Assembly: GCA_002269645.1 (NCBI GenBank) | Contig: NIVC01000673.1 | Location: 248,001-312,000 of the forward strand | Source: Macrostomum lignano | Taxonomy: Eukaryota | Direction of reading: 5' to 3' | DNA length: 64,000 bases | Program-made: the position numbers and the translations under genes | Notes under the pieces: model-generated | The model's database searches: none | What the model was told of the DNA's origin: nothing | The model's input: the letters and a program-made list of their open reading frames with translations, nothing else | Shown here: positions 24,380 through 37,034 of the stretch, in pieces | How positions within the stretch are numbered: position 1 is the first letter of the stretch | How the letters are laid out: each line of letters opens with the position of its first letter

Positions 24380-25705
24380 TTTTCCCTCTCACCTCTCCCT
24401 CTCACTCCCACTCTCACTCTCCCTCTTACTCTCCCTCTCACTCCCACTCTCACTCTCCCTCTCACTCCCACTCTCACTCTCCCTCTCACTCCCACTCTCA
24501 CTCCCACTCTCACTCTCCCTCTCACTCCCACTCTCACTCTCCCTCTCACTCTCCCTCTCACTCCCACTCTCACTCTCCCTCTCACTCTCCCTCTCACTCT
24601 CCCTCTCACTCTCCCTCTCACTCTCCCTCTCACTCTCCCTCTCACTCTCCCTCTCACTCCCACTCTCACTCTCCCTCTCACTCCCACTCTCACTCTCCCT
24701 CTCACTCCCACTCTCACTCCCACTCTCACTCTCCCTCTCACTCCCACTCTCACTCTCCCTCTCACTCTCCCTCTCACTCCCACTCTCACTCTCCCTCTCA
24801 CTCTCCCTCTCACTCTCCCTCTCACTCTCCCTCTCACTCTCCCTCTCACTCTCCCTCTCACTCCCACTCTCACTCTCCATCTCACTCCCACTCTCACTCT
24901 CCCTCTCACTCCCACTCTCACTCTCCCTCTCACTCCCACTCTCACTCCCACTCTCACTCTCCCTCTCACTCTCCCTCTCACTCTCCCTCTCACTCTCCCT
25001 CTCACTCCCACTCTCACTCTCCCTCTCACTCTCCCTCTCACTCCCACTCTCACTCTCCCTCTCACTCTCCCTCTCACTCTCCCTCTCACTCTCCCTCTCA
25101 CTCTCCCTCTCACTCTCCCTCTCACTCCCACTCTCACTCTCCATCTCACTCCCACTCTCACTCTCCCTCTCACTCCCACTCTCACTCTCCCTCTCACTCC
25201 CACTCTCACTCCCACTCTCACTCTCCCTCTCACTCTCCCTCTCACTCTCCCTCTCACTCTCCCTCTTACTCTCCCTCTCACTCCCACTCTCACTCTCCCT
25301 CTCACTCTCCCTCTCACTCCCACTCTCACTCTCCCTCTCACTCTCCCTCTCACTCTCCCTCTCACTCTCCCTCTCACTCTCCCTCTCACTCTCCCTCTCA
25401 CTCCCACTCACTCTCCACTCTCCCTCTCACTCCCACTCTCACTCTCCCTCTCACTCCCCCTCTCACTCCCACTCTCACTCTCCCTCTCACTCTCCCTCTC
25501 ACTCCCACTCTCACTCTCCCTCTCACTCTCCCTCTCACTCTCCCTCTCACTCCCACTCTCACTCTCCATCTCACTCCCACTCTCACTCTCCCTCTCACTC
25601 TCCCTCTCACTCTCCCTCTCACTCCCACTCTCACTCTCCCTCTCACTCCCACTCTCACTCACCCTCTCACTCCCACTCTCACTCTCCCTCTCACTCTCAC
25701 TCTCC

Positions 25706-25741
<36 letters not shown>

Positions 25742-25870
25742 ATCTCCCTCTCAATCTCCCTCTCGCCTCTCTCTCACTCTCCCTCTCACTCTCCCTCTCA
25801 CTCTCACTCTCACTCTCACTCTCCCTCTCACTCTCAATCTCCCTCTCGCTCTCCATCTCAATCTCCCTCT
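24380..25870. repeat. CT-rich 12-bp minisatellite (CTCTCACTCTCC / CTCTCACTCCCA)
   Basis: Direct reading. Confidence 0.95.
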
Positions 25871-26267
25871 CACTCTTACTCTCGCTGTCCTTCTCTCTCC
25901 TTCTCATTTCCCCTTCCCTACCCTCCTTTTCTCCCATGTTCTCTCTCCTCTTCTTCGCCCCCCCCCTCCTCTGTAAATTTCATCTCTGAGGCCCTCCTAA
26001 TACCATATAGCTCTGGGCCTGCGCATTAATACAATTATTAGCATAGACGCCAGATTAAGCAAAAATATTCCCAATCTTCGGGAGGCAACTCTCTCGAATA
26101 CTTGATTTTGCGACATTGAATTAATTAACTCTAAGCCTCAATCTTCTCCTAAACTTTCAAAAAGTACACATTGGTTAAACTGAACAACTTTGACTTGCAG
26201 ATTTTGTAAATTTCTGAAAGAGCATAGCCAATATGACCGGTACAGCTTTGAGTAACTTCTCTTACAG

Positions 26268-27935
26268 AGCTGAAGGTGCTAGAGAGCAGAGAGGCGCTAT
26301 GGACAAAGGCGCTATGGAGAGAGGCGCTATGGAGAGAGGCGCTTTGGAGAGAGGCGCTATGGAGAGAGGCGCTATGGAGAGAGGCGCTATGGAGAGAGGC
26401 GCTATGGAGAGAGGCGCTATGGAGAGAGGCGCTATGGAGAGAGGCGCTATGGAGAGAGGCGCTATGGAGAGAGGCGCTATGGAGAGAGGCTCTATAGAGA
26501 AAGGCGCTATGGAGAAGGGCGCTATGGAGAGAGGCGCCAAGGAGAGAGGCGCTAAGGAGAGAGGTGCTAAGGAGAGAGGCGCTAAGGAGAGAGGCGCCAA
26601 GGAGAGAGGCGCTAAGGAGAGAGGTGCTAAGGAGAGAGGCGCTAAGGAGAGAGGCGCTAAGGAGAGAGGCGCTAAGGAGAGAGGCGCTATAGAGAAAGGC
26701 GCTATGGAGAAGGGCGCTATGGAGAGAGGCGCCAAGGAGAGAGGCGCTAAGGAGAGAGGTGCTAAGGAGAGAGGTGCTAAGGAGAGAGGCGCTAAGGAGA
26801 GAGGCGCTAAGGAGAGAGGCGCTAAGGAGAGAGGTGCTAAGGAGAGAGGCGCTATGGAGAGAGGCGCCAAGGAGAGAGGCACTAAGGTGAGAGGCGCTAA
26901 GGAGAGAGGCACTAAGGAGAGAGGCGCTAAGGAGAGAGGCGCTATGGAGAGAGGCGCTAAGGAGAGAGGCACTAAGGAGAGAGGCGCTAAGGAGAGAGGC
27001 GCTAAGGAGAGAGGCGCTATGGAGAGAGGCGCTAAGGAGAGAGGCACTAAGGAGAGAGGCGCTAAGGAGAGAGGCGCTAAGGAGAGAGGTGCTAAGGAGA
27101 GAGGCGCTAAGGAGAGAGGCGCTAAGGAGAGAGGCGCTAAGGAGAGAGGCGCTATAGAGAAAGGCGCTATGGAGAAGGGCGCTATGGAGAGAGGCGCCAA
27201 GGAGAGAGGCGCTAAGGAGAGAGGCACTAAGGAGAGAGGCGCTAAGGAGAGAGGCGCTATGGAGAGAGGCGCTAAGGAGAGAGGCACTAAGGAGAGAGGC
27301 GCTAATGAGAGAGGCGCTAAGGAGAGAGGCGCTAAGGAGAGAGGCGCTATGGAGAGAGGCGCTAAGGAGAGAGGCACTAAGGAGAGAGGCGCTAAGGAGA
27401 GAGGCGCTAAGGAGAGAGGCGCTATGGAGAGAGGCGCTATGGAGAGAGGCACTAAGGAGAGAGGCGCTAAGGAGAGAGGCGCCAAGGAGAGAGGCGCTAA
27501 GGAGAGAGGTGCTAAGGAGAGAGGCGCTAAGGAGAGAGGCGCTAAGGAGAGAGGTGCTAAGGAGAGAGGCGCTAAGGAGAGAGGTGCTAAGGAGAGAGGC
27601 GCTAAGGAGAGAGGCGCTAAGGAGAGAGGCGCTAAGGAGAGAGGCACTAAGGAGAGAGGCGCTATGGAGAGAGGCGCTAAGGAGAGAGGCGCTAAGGAGA
27701 GAGGCGCTAAGGAGAGAGGCGCTAAGGAGAGAGGCACTAAGGAGAGAGGCGCTATGGAGAGAGGCGCAGAGGAGAGAGGCACTAAGGAGAGAGGCGCTAA
27801 GGAGAGAGGCGCAGAGGAGAGAGGCACTAAGGAGAGAGGCGCTATGGAGAGAGGCGCAGAGGAGAGGCAGCAAGAATGTCTCTGGCGCCGGGACATGGTG
27901 CGAGGGCATCAGGACTGGCATATCAAAAAGACTTC
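26268..27935 (+). CDS. Candidate repetitive exon encoding about 105 G-A-[K/M]-E-R pentapeptides (alternatively a non-coding 15-bp minisatellite)
   Basis: Acceptor aacttctcttacAG (26266-26267) and donor tc|GTTAGT (27936). 1668 nt, phase 2/2, no stop or indel in this frame. Partner exons not identified. Confidence 0.3.
26285..27865. repeat. 15-bp tandem array (GGCGCTAAGGAGAGA)n
   Basis: About 105 units with no indels; see the candidate exon. Confidence 0.97.
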
Positions 27936-28299
27936 GTTAGTTACTTTTTAATTGATTTACCCAAGCCCAGGTAGACTTTCTGGTCGGTGTTAAAAGGAAG
28001 TTCAGACTGCTTTCAAAATTCGGCCATTCGCAAAGCAAAGAATAGAAAAAATTCCAGCAGCTGCAAGTTAAATTGACAGCTGAAAGCAACGAATTCTGTA
28101 CGTTGGTTCGGCAATTTCAATTGCGAGTTTTGCTGTTTTACTTTTCAATGCAGATTTCTGGGGATTGCCTCTCATTTCCTAGCCAAGTGCGGAAAGAAAT
28201 CTTCAAATCTGTAGGATAAAAACTGGCTTTGGCACACAGTTGTTTGGTCTACCAGCAGTGCCCTCTCCGAATTCTCCTGTCGATTGCCCGTCCCGTTGC

Positions 28300-28655
28300 G
28301 CTCTCTTGTTTTCTCCCTTTTTTACCTCTCCCAGTCTCTTCTCCCCTCACTTCCTTCGTCTCTCTCTCTCTACAGTTACCTCTCCCCTCTCCTTAACTCC
28401 TTCTCTATCTGCCTCCACTCTCCCCTGTCTTCTCTTCATCCTCTCCCTCTCTCTACCTCTCTCTCCCTCTCGCTCCCTCTCTCCCTCTTTCTCCCCCTCT
28501 CTCCCTCTCCCTCTCTCCCTCTCCCTCTCTCCCTCTCCCTCTCTTCCTCTCTCCCTCTCTCCCTCTCTCCCTCTCTCCCTCTCTCCCTCTCTCCCTCTCT
28601 CCCTCTCTCTCCCTCTCTCTCCCTCTCTCTCCCCCTCTCTCCCCCTCTCTCCCTC
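28300..28655. repeat. CT-rich simple repeat
   Basis: Direct reading. Confidence 0.9.
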
Positions 28656-29409
28656 TGCGAGCACCTTGGCACAACGCCTTCGGTGACAGCGCTGCCCATT
28701 CCGCTGTACGCAGGCACGGCACTCGTACACACGCTCACACAGGGTGTCAGCGGTCCTTGTGAATCGTCAGGCATGTACAGTCTCTGTGCTTTGGGGTTTG
28801 GCCCTCATGTGGCCCGCACGACTCGCTCCTAACAGACAATGACTAACCAAAGTATAGATACCAAAAAGTATCTCATGCAAAATGATTCCTAGCAACTACA
28901 TGTAATGTACTGCCGAACTTTTCATATTTCTTATCTGCAACCAACCGATATATATTGCCCCCTCCCCTTAATAAAAAGCATTCCATGCCCCCCTCTGATC
29001 ATGATTGCCACTAAGGGGATCGGGGCACAGTCCAAGTGGCTATAAAACCAGAAAAAAGCAACCACCAAGGTTATGGCAAAGGCGAATGTTGCATCCGGGG
29101 GAACTGGGAATACGGCTAGCAACTAATACTAGCTATCATAACTCAAGCTGGACTACACGGCTATTTGGCTGTTTTGCACACCAAAGCGCAGCAGCCGCCA
29201 CCACCACCTTCTGCCCGGGAAGTTTTACGATCAGAGCTGGGCCAGGTCTATAATAATAAGTAAGTTGCCCAATCGGAATGCCAAGGACTGTCCATTGATT
29301 TACGATCAATGAGTTGGGTAGGAGACTTATAATATCTGCCGATACGAAGCCTGTGATTGTATTATGTTAGTTTGTGTGCATAAGCTTCAGTGAGTTTAAT
29401 GATCAATCG

Positions 29410-29990
29410 AAGGCCCCCAAGGGCCCCTGAAGGATTGAAGGGCTTTCTGAAAGGTTGAATGGCCCTGGAAGTATTCAATGGGCTCCTGAAGAATTGAAGG
29501 GCCTCCTGAAGGATTCAAAGGGCCCCTGAAGGATTGAAGGGCCTTATGAAGGATTGAATGGCCTTCTGAAGGATTGAATGGCCTCCTGAAGGATTCAAAG
29601 GGCCCCTGAAGGATTGAAGGGCCTCCTGAAGGATTCAAAGGGCCCCTGAAGAATTGAAGGGCCTCCTGAAGGATTCAAAGGGCCCCTGAAGGATTGAAGG
29701 GCCTTATGAAGGATTGAATGGCCTTCTGAAGGATTGAATGGCCTTCTGAAGGATTGAATGGCCTCCTGAAGGATTCAAAGGGCTCTGAAGGATTGAAGGA
29801 CCTCCTGAAGGATTAAAAAAGCCTCCTGAAGGATTTAAAAAGCCTCCTGAAGGATTTAAAAAGCCTCCTGAAGGATTCAAAAGGTCCCTGAAGGATTGAA
29901 AAAGCCTCCTGAAGGATTCAAAGGGCCCCTGAAGGATTGAAGGGCCTCCTGAAGGATTGAAAAAGCCTCCTTAACCTGAAGAAATAAAGG
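29410..29990. repeat. 20/21-bp minisatellite (GAAGGATTGAAGGGCCTCCT)n
   Basis: Direct reading. Confidence 0.9.
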
Positions 29991-30544
29991 GCTTCCTCTT
30001 CAATCGAGAAAGGGGTTCGATGCCTTCTTCTGAAGCGATCAAAAGCATTGTGAAGGCAAGTCAAGAAAAATGAATGACTAAAAATCCTTTGCATTTCCTA
30101 TTAGAACTCAGTTTAGCACTTATGAGTCAGTCACCAGTTTAGGCACGCGGGAATACGAGCTGTGTCCAGTTGGCGGATCAGCTGATCCAATAATTTCCTA
30201 GAAAGCCGGCGCCGCACGTCCCATCGGTCCTTGGTCATCTGTCCAGCTTCCCATTCGTGTTCACTTTCACTCATACGAATTTGTTGTTAGCACTGACTGT
30301 ACAGGATTGATTGACACCTGAAAGATGCTCTGTTATTAAAAATGTAAAGTTAATTTTCTCTGTTCATTTATATCTGTAGACACAGAAACACTTACAGTTT
30401 GCAGAACGAACTTAGCAATGCAGGGCCAACTCGTTCCACTTTAGTGGATTAGGGCTACAGATGTTGAGTTGACACGGTGCTTAAGACTTGAGCAAATCCC
30501 TTCAAGCTGCTTGTCACGTACCAGCTCACCGCTCAAAGTTGCAG

Positions 30545-30745
30545 AACTTCCCCCATGGCCAAAATGCCTCTATAATGTTTTCAAGAAGTTCCTTTCCAGT
30601 TTTACAACTGTTTACCATCTTTATTGCTGTTGATGGCTTGCTGGGCGTTACCGGAAACATAATTTGCTTAGTTTATTGAGAATTTTATGAGGGAAATCAG
30701 CCATTGTGCTGGGCTGCTGGCTGCGGTGATGCTGCTTAACAGCCT
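30545..30745 (+). pseudogene. Probable GPCR pseudogene fragment (N-terminus, TM1, disrupted TM2)
   Basis: QNASIMF (sequon)...VLQLFTIFIAVDGLLGVTGNIICLVY* contains the class A TM1 GN motif (30653-30658). Stop at 30677-30679, then frameshifted hydrophobic sequence (GLLAAV). Confidence 0.4.
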
Positions 30746-30989
30746 TGGCCCCTCTGACTTAAGTATATTTTTTGACGAAAAATATTCACAAATTTGCTAA
30801 TAAGAAAAAAAAAACTGGAACGGAGCAAACAGTTACTCAATATGCCATGTACTTTTAATCTTTTGGTGCTTCACTTTATAGCGTCAAGGATGGGGATACG
30901 CTCGTATGTACAGCAAAAATTAAAACAAGCAGCGTAGTTTTCTAAAGCTTTACAGATAACTATAGATTTAGGGGTGCCTAACGAAGCTG

Positions 30990-32100
<1,111 letters not shown>

Positions 32101-32885
32101 AGGTTTAACTGTCCAAATCTGTTAAAATTCCGGTTATGAATATAAATAGGAAAACTTCTTCGCAGAAATGAAGGAGGCCACAGTGACAGAGGGGGGGGGC
32201 AATTGCCTCGGCTGAAGAAACCTCAGAGCGCCAACCACGCGAGCCTCAGGGGGAGGGGGCGGATGCAGGTGAGAATTTGCATGGGATAATCAGTCGCATT
32301 GCCTCACAGCACTTGAAGCATCCAAGCTGGTGCTGCAGAGCTGAACGGACGGAACCATCTGTCAGGTGATGGAAGCCACAGGCCCCTTCGCCAGCCCGCA
32401 AATTGCCTGGACCGTCACGAACGGCTTCCTTCCTTCCCTGTCTTCCTTAACAACCGTATTCTTTTTTTCAATTTTTCCCTTAAGCAGCTTCCAGGAGCAG
32501 AAAGCCGTGAGGCTCCGAGGACCGGGCAGCACATTTTTTTCACTATTTTTTTCATTGGCCCCCTTGCTACGCTCGTAAGAGCCAGATTGCGTTTCCCTGA
32601 TAGCGCAAGTTTTTAACAATTTGCCAATTTTCCTGGTGTCCTAGTCAAAAGAAATCCCTCAAGAGGTCAGATAACTGTGACTTTGGTACAGACATTGGGT
32701 GAGGGAAAATCCGGTCAGACCGACAGACATCAAGCAGAAAAGCTGAATAGTCAGGCTATAATTCCCATACGACAAGCAAGAATCTTTGTCTGAATCTTCC
32801 GCGTTTTTCTGCTCCGCGGGAGGCCCCAAGCGAGATTGACGGATGGCGATAAGAGTCAGGGTGGACTTGTTGACGCACCGTCGGG

Positions 32886-34214
32886 CTACACGAAGCCGGC
32901 GTCAATTTCTTCCTGCGACTTTGACGGCGATGACGGCAGAGCAGCTGACATTGAATGAGCCGAAGGCAGCGGCAGCGGCGCGGTGTCTCGGCTTCCGCGA
33001 GCTCCTCCTCCTCCTGGCCGAGCCGCGGCGCAGTGACTGACAGCTACGGAGTTGGCGTGAGCGGCAGACCAGCTCATGCGCAGGTTGGCGCCGGGGTTCA
33101 CTGTCCGAATCAGGGTGTAGTTGCCGCTGTTCGGCCCGCCCACACCGGCGCCTTTCCGTCCCGGAAGTCCCAGCAGCCTCCTGACGGTGTCCCGGAACGT
33201 GTTGCTGGTGCTGCTGTAGACGATGAAGTTGCTGAAGCTGTCCACGCAGACCAGGATGTTCGCGATGAAGGTGGTGTGCAGCTTGACGGTCCTGGAGTTT
33301 GCCAACTTCTTGAAGGCCGTGTTGTTGAGCACGAAGAACACAAAAGTCGGCAGTTCGAACACGACAAAGCAGATCAGCAGCACCATGACTGTTTTGGTGG
33401 CGGCGTCCTGACTTCGCGCGGCACCGCCGCCGCCCAGACTGCCCGGCTGCTGGTTGAACTGACGTCGGCGGAGCGTGAAGATGATGAGGAAGCTGAGGAA
33501 GCTGATGAGAAAAATCGGCGCAATGGTCTGCATGGGGAACAGCAGCAGAGTCTTGTAGTGCTTGTACTCATACAGGTTGTCCAGCCGCTGATGCGTCATG
33601 ATGGTCAGCAGGTAGGTCGAAGTCTCATTTCCAGTAGCGTTGCACGGCTTTGGGAAAACTGTCCAGGTGAACTCGAACATCCTTGGCGAGCACAGCGCCA
33701 GGCTGATCACAGTGAGCAGGATGTAGCCACCCAGAGTTCGGTTCGGGCTAAACAGCTGGCCGCTTCGCGTGCTCAGCGGGTTGCGGACAACCTCACAACG
33801 GCTGCCGGCAATCATCACCAGGCACCAGTTGCGGATCATGATGAACGCATTGAACAGCATGAATGACAGGAAGAATGCTCCCGTGATGAAGTTGGCCGAA
33901 TCGGGCAGCTGGAAGAGGCGCTGCCGGTTGCCGACCCACAGCATCACGGTGAAGTTGGACGCCAGGCATATGTTCAGGACCGTTTCAGACAAGGACAACA
34001 GCAAGAGCAGCCGGCGCATGATGATATTCTTGCGGTCTAGAATGAAAATTATCAATGAGAATCCGTTGGTGAAGGTGTTCACGTAGCCCAGAATGCAGGT
34101 GATCCACAGGTAGACGATGGCGCTGTTGGAATCGCCACCCCCTCCTCCGCCGCCGCCTGCGGCCATCAGGCTAAGGTTAACGCACTCCTCAACGCTTGCA
34201 AAGTGGGCCAGCAT
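32886..34214 (-). CDS. Intronless rhodopsin-family (class A) 7TM GPCR, peptide-receptor-like orphan, 442 aa
   Basis: Seven hydrophobic segments: TM1 (ILGYVNTFTNGFSL), TM2 (LLSLSETVLN), TM3 (IRNWCLVMIAGSRC), TM4 (ISLALCSPRMFE), TM5 (FPMQTIAPIFLI), TM6 (KTVMVLLICFVVFELP), TM7 (VCVDSFSNFIVY). ECL2 has a Cys and a sequon (CNATGNET). GC-rich codon usage. Confidence 0.93.
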   Translation of the reverse strand: MLAHFASVEECVNLSLMAAGGGGGGGGDSNSAIVYLWITCILGYVNTFTNGFSLIIFILDRKNIIMRRLLLLLSLSETVLNICLASNFTVMLWVGNRQRLFQLPDSANFITGAFFLSFMLFNAFIMIRNWCLVMIAGSRCEVVRNPLSTRSGQLFSPNRTLGGYILLTVISLALCSPRMFEFTWTVFPKPCNATGNETSTYLLTIMTHQRLDNLYEYKHYKTLLLFPMQTIAPIFLISFLSFLIIFTLRRRQFNQQPGSLGGGGAARSQDAATKTVMVLLICFVVFELPTFVFFVLNNTAFKKLANSRTVKLHTTFIANILVCVDSFSNFIVYSSTSNTFRDTVRRLLGLPGRKGAGVGGPNSGNYTLIRTVNPGANLRMSWSAAHANSVAVSHCAAARPGGGGARGSRDTAPLPLPSAHSMSAALPSSPSKSQEEIDAGFV

Positions 34215-34514
34215 GATTGCTTTGATGTCGGCGTGTCTGATAATCTGATTGATTAGTAGATTGATTGACTGATTGATTGATCAGTGCCTAATTGACGCAC
34301 CAGACAGGGAAACGCTTGAGTGTTTGAGGGACAGCTGAGGTGGGAGAGGCCAGGATTAATAAGCAGATCCCTGGGTATAGGGGCCGGCTGACGCTGGGGA
34401 GTCTGCAGAAAACAATGCGAGTGCAGAAACGATTCCTGATTGGCTGAGAGCGATTAAGCCAATGAGACGCTGGTTAGCCTGGAGATTTCTCCTTTTTTCG
34501 TACCAGACTTTGCT

Positions 34515-36240
34515 TGGGTAGGAGAATGGAATTATCAGATGGAAGCATCCAATGACCAGATGGAAGCATCCAATGACCAGATGGAAGCATCCAATGACCA
34601 GATGGAAGCATCCAATGACCAGATGGAAGCATCAAATGACCAGATGGAAGAATCAAATGACCAGATGGAAAAATCAAATGACCAGATAGAAGAATCAAAT
34701 GACCAGATGAAGAATCAAATGACCAGATGGAGGAATCAAATGACCAGTTGGAAGAATCAACTGACCAGATGGAAAAATCAAATGACCAGATGGAAGAATC
34801 AAATGACCAGATGGAAAAATCAAATGACCAGATGGAAGAATCAAATGACCAGATATGATAATCAAATGACTAGATATGATAATCAAATGACCAGATGTGA
34901 GAATCAGATGACCAGATGAATAATCAAATGACCAGATGGAAGCATCCAATGACCAGATGGAAGCATCAAATGACCAGTTGGAAGAATCAAATGACCAGTT
35001 GGAAGAATCAAATGACCAGATGTGAGAATCAAATGACCAGATGTGAGAATCAAATGACCAGATGGAAGAATCAAATGACCTGATGTGAGAATCAAATGAC
35101 CAGATGGAAGAATCAAATGACCAGATGGAAGAATCAAATGACCAGATGTGAGAATCAAATGACCAGATGTGAGAATCAAATGACCAGATGTGAGAATCAA
35201 ATGACCAGATGGAAGAATCAAATGACCTGATGTGAGAATCAAATGACCAGATGTGAGAATCAAATGACCAGATGTGAGAATCAAATGACCAGATGGAAGA
35301 ATCAAATGACCTGATGTGAGAATCAAATGACCAGATGGAAGAATCAAATGACCAGATGGAAGAATCAAATGACCAGATGTGAGAATCAAATGACCAGATG
35401 TGAGAATCAAATGACCAGATGTGAGAATCAAATGACCAGATGGAAGAATCAAATGACCTGATGTGAGAATCAAATGACCAGATATGATAATCAAATGACC
35501 AGATGTGAGAATCAAATGACCAGATATGAGAATCAAATGACCAGATGTGAGAATCAAATCACCAGATATGAGAATCAAATGACCAGATGTGAGAATCAAA
35601 TGACCAGATGTGAGAATCAAATGACCAGATATGAGAATCAAATGACCAGATGTGAGAATCAAATCACTAGATGTGAGAATCAAATGACCAGATATGAGAA
35701 TCAAATGACCAGATGGAAGAATCAAATGACCAGATATGAGAATCAAATGACCAGATGTGAGAATCAAATGACCAGATGGAAGAATCAAATGACCAGATAT
35801 GAGAATCAAATGACCAGATGTGAGAATCAAATGACCAGATGTGAGAATCAAATGACCAGATGTGAGAATCAAATGACCAGATGTGAGAATCAAATGACCA
35901 GATGGAAGAATCAAATGACCAGATATGAGAATCAAATGACCAGATGTGAGAATCAAATGACCAGATGGAAGAATCAAATGACCAGATATGAGAATCAAAT
36001 GACCAGATGTGAGAATCAAATGACCAGATGGAAGAATCAAATGACCAGATATGAGAATCAAATGACCAGATGTGAGAATCAAATGACCAGATGTGAGAAT
36101 CAAATGACCAGATGTGAGAATCAAATGACCAGATGTGAGAATCAAATGACCAGATGGAAGAATCAAATGACCAGATATGAGAATCAAATGACCAGATGTG
36201 AGAATCAAATGACCAGATGGAAGAATCAAATGACCAGATG
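34515..36240. repeat. 21-bp satellite (AATCAAATGACCAGATGGAAG / ...GATGTGAG)n, left block
   Basis: Direct reading. Confidence 0.96.
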
Positions 36241-36344
36241 CAATGGCATCTGTCCGGTGGTCCCTTTGTCCGCACTGGGTATCTGTGCTCAGTGCTTTCC
36301 CTCTTAATGGTTTCTTTACTCATTTTCGCAGAGACGCTCGTCCG

Positions 36345-36912
36345 TCGCTTGCTGAGCTCTGTCTGATGTTGGTCACGATGCATACTCAGATCTCGTCCTT
36401 GGTGATCTTGGACTCGCCGTAGATGCTCCAAGAGCCGTAGGACTCTTGAATGGGAGGGCGCGAACGCCCATTCCGCTAAGCACAAATACCTGACTCGAGA
36501 CAGCCAGCATCGAGTACAGTGTTGGGCGGAGCTGCTAGCATTCTATCTGTACCAACTCCTGGGCGAGAGGACGCATGCAGACGCTCTATCAAGATTTCCA
36601 TCTGACAGCGGCAACTGTAGCGGACTTGCGACTTGCGACCGCCAATATCGGCCTATCAGATGAAGCACCAGATACTGAAGATCAAATTGAGCGAGCGTCA
36701 CACGGCAGACGTGGAGTCAAGTGCAGGAGCGGTTTGAGAGCGGATTGAGACGGCTCGGGATATTAAATAAGACTGAGGGTAAAGAGCTGCCGATCGTAAA
36801 AGTACATCAAGCTTTAGAGCTGCATGTCGAGCAACTTCTTAGGCTGTTTGGTTCTGGACCATTTGAAAACACAGCAAAGCAGGTTATCGAAAGCCGAGAC
36901 AGCTGTCGGTAA
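36345..36912 (+). mobile_element. Decayed Ty3/Gypsy LTR-retrotransposon pol fragment (RNase H to integrase Zn-finger region)
   Basis: Across frameshifts: LAVDAPRAVG (RNase H DAS-like start), HRVQCWAELLAFYLYQLLGERTHADALSRFP (RxxRW...ADALSR motif, about 36574-36600), then ...QVIESRDSCR resembling a degenerate integrase CxxC end. Confidence 0.6.
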
Positions 36913-36955
36913 CCTGCGGGAATTTTACTAGACTAAATAATAAAATAATCATAGA

Positions 36956-37030
36956 TTGCACCTGCCCTAATGGACAGATGTGCAACAGACAGCTCAGCCG
37001 CAGCTATTGCGCGGCAGTTATGAAGGCTGC
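36956..37030 (-). mobile_element. Same SINE family, 3' tail fragment
   Basis: gcacctgccctaatggacagatgtgcaacagacagctcagccgcagctattgcgcggc is nearly identical to the reverse complement of about 23880-23936. Confidence 0.8.
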
Positions 37031-37034
37031 GTTT

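Noticed and set aside
22038-25989. Long ORFs (ERRGE, SPLLS, SHSP, ESER repeats)
   Set aside because: Translations of CT-rich simple repeats that are open in most frames, with frequent unit-length changes.
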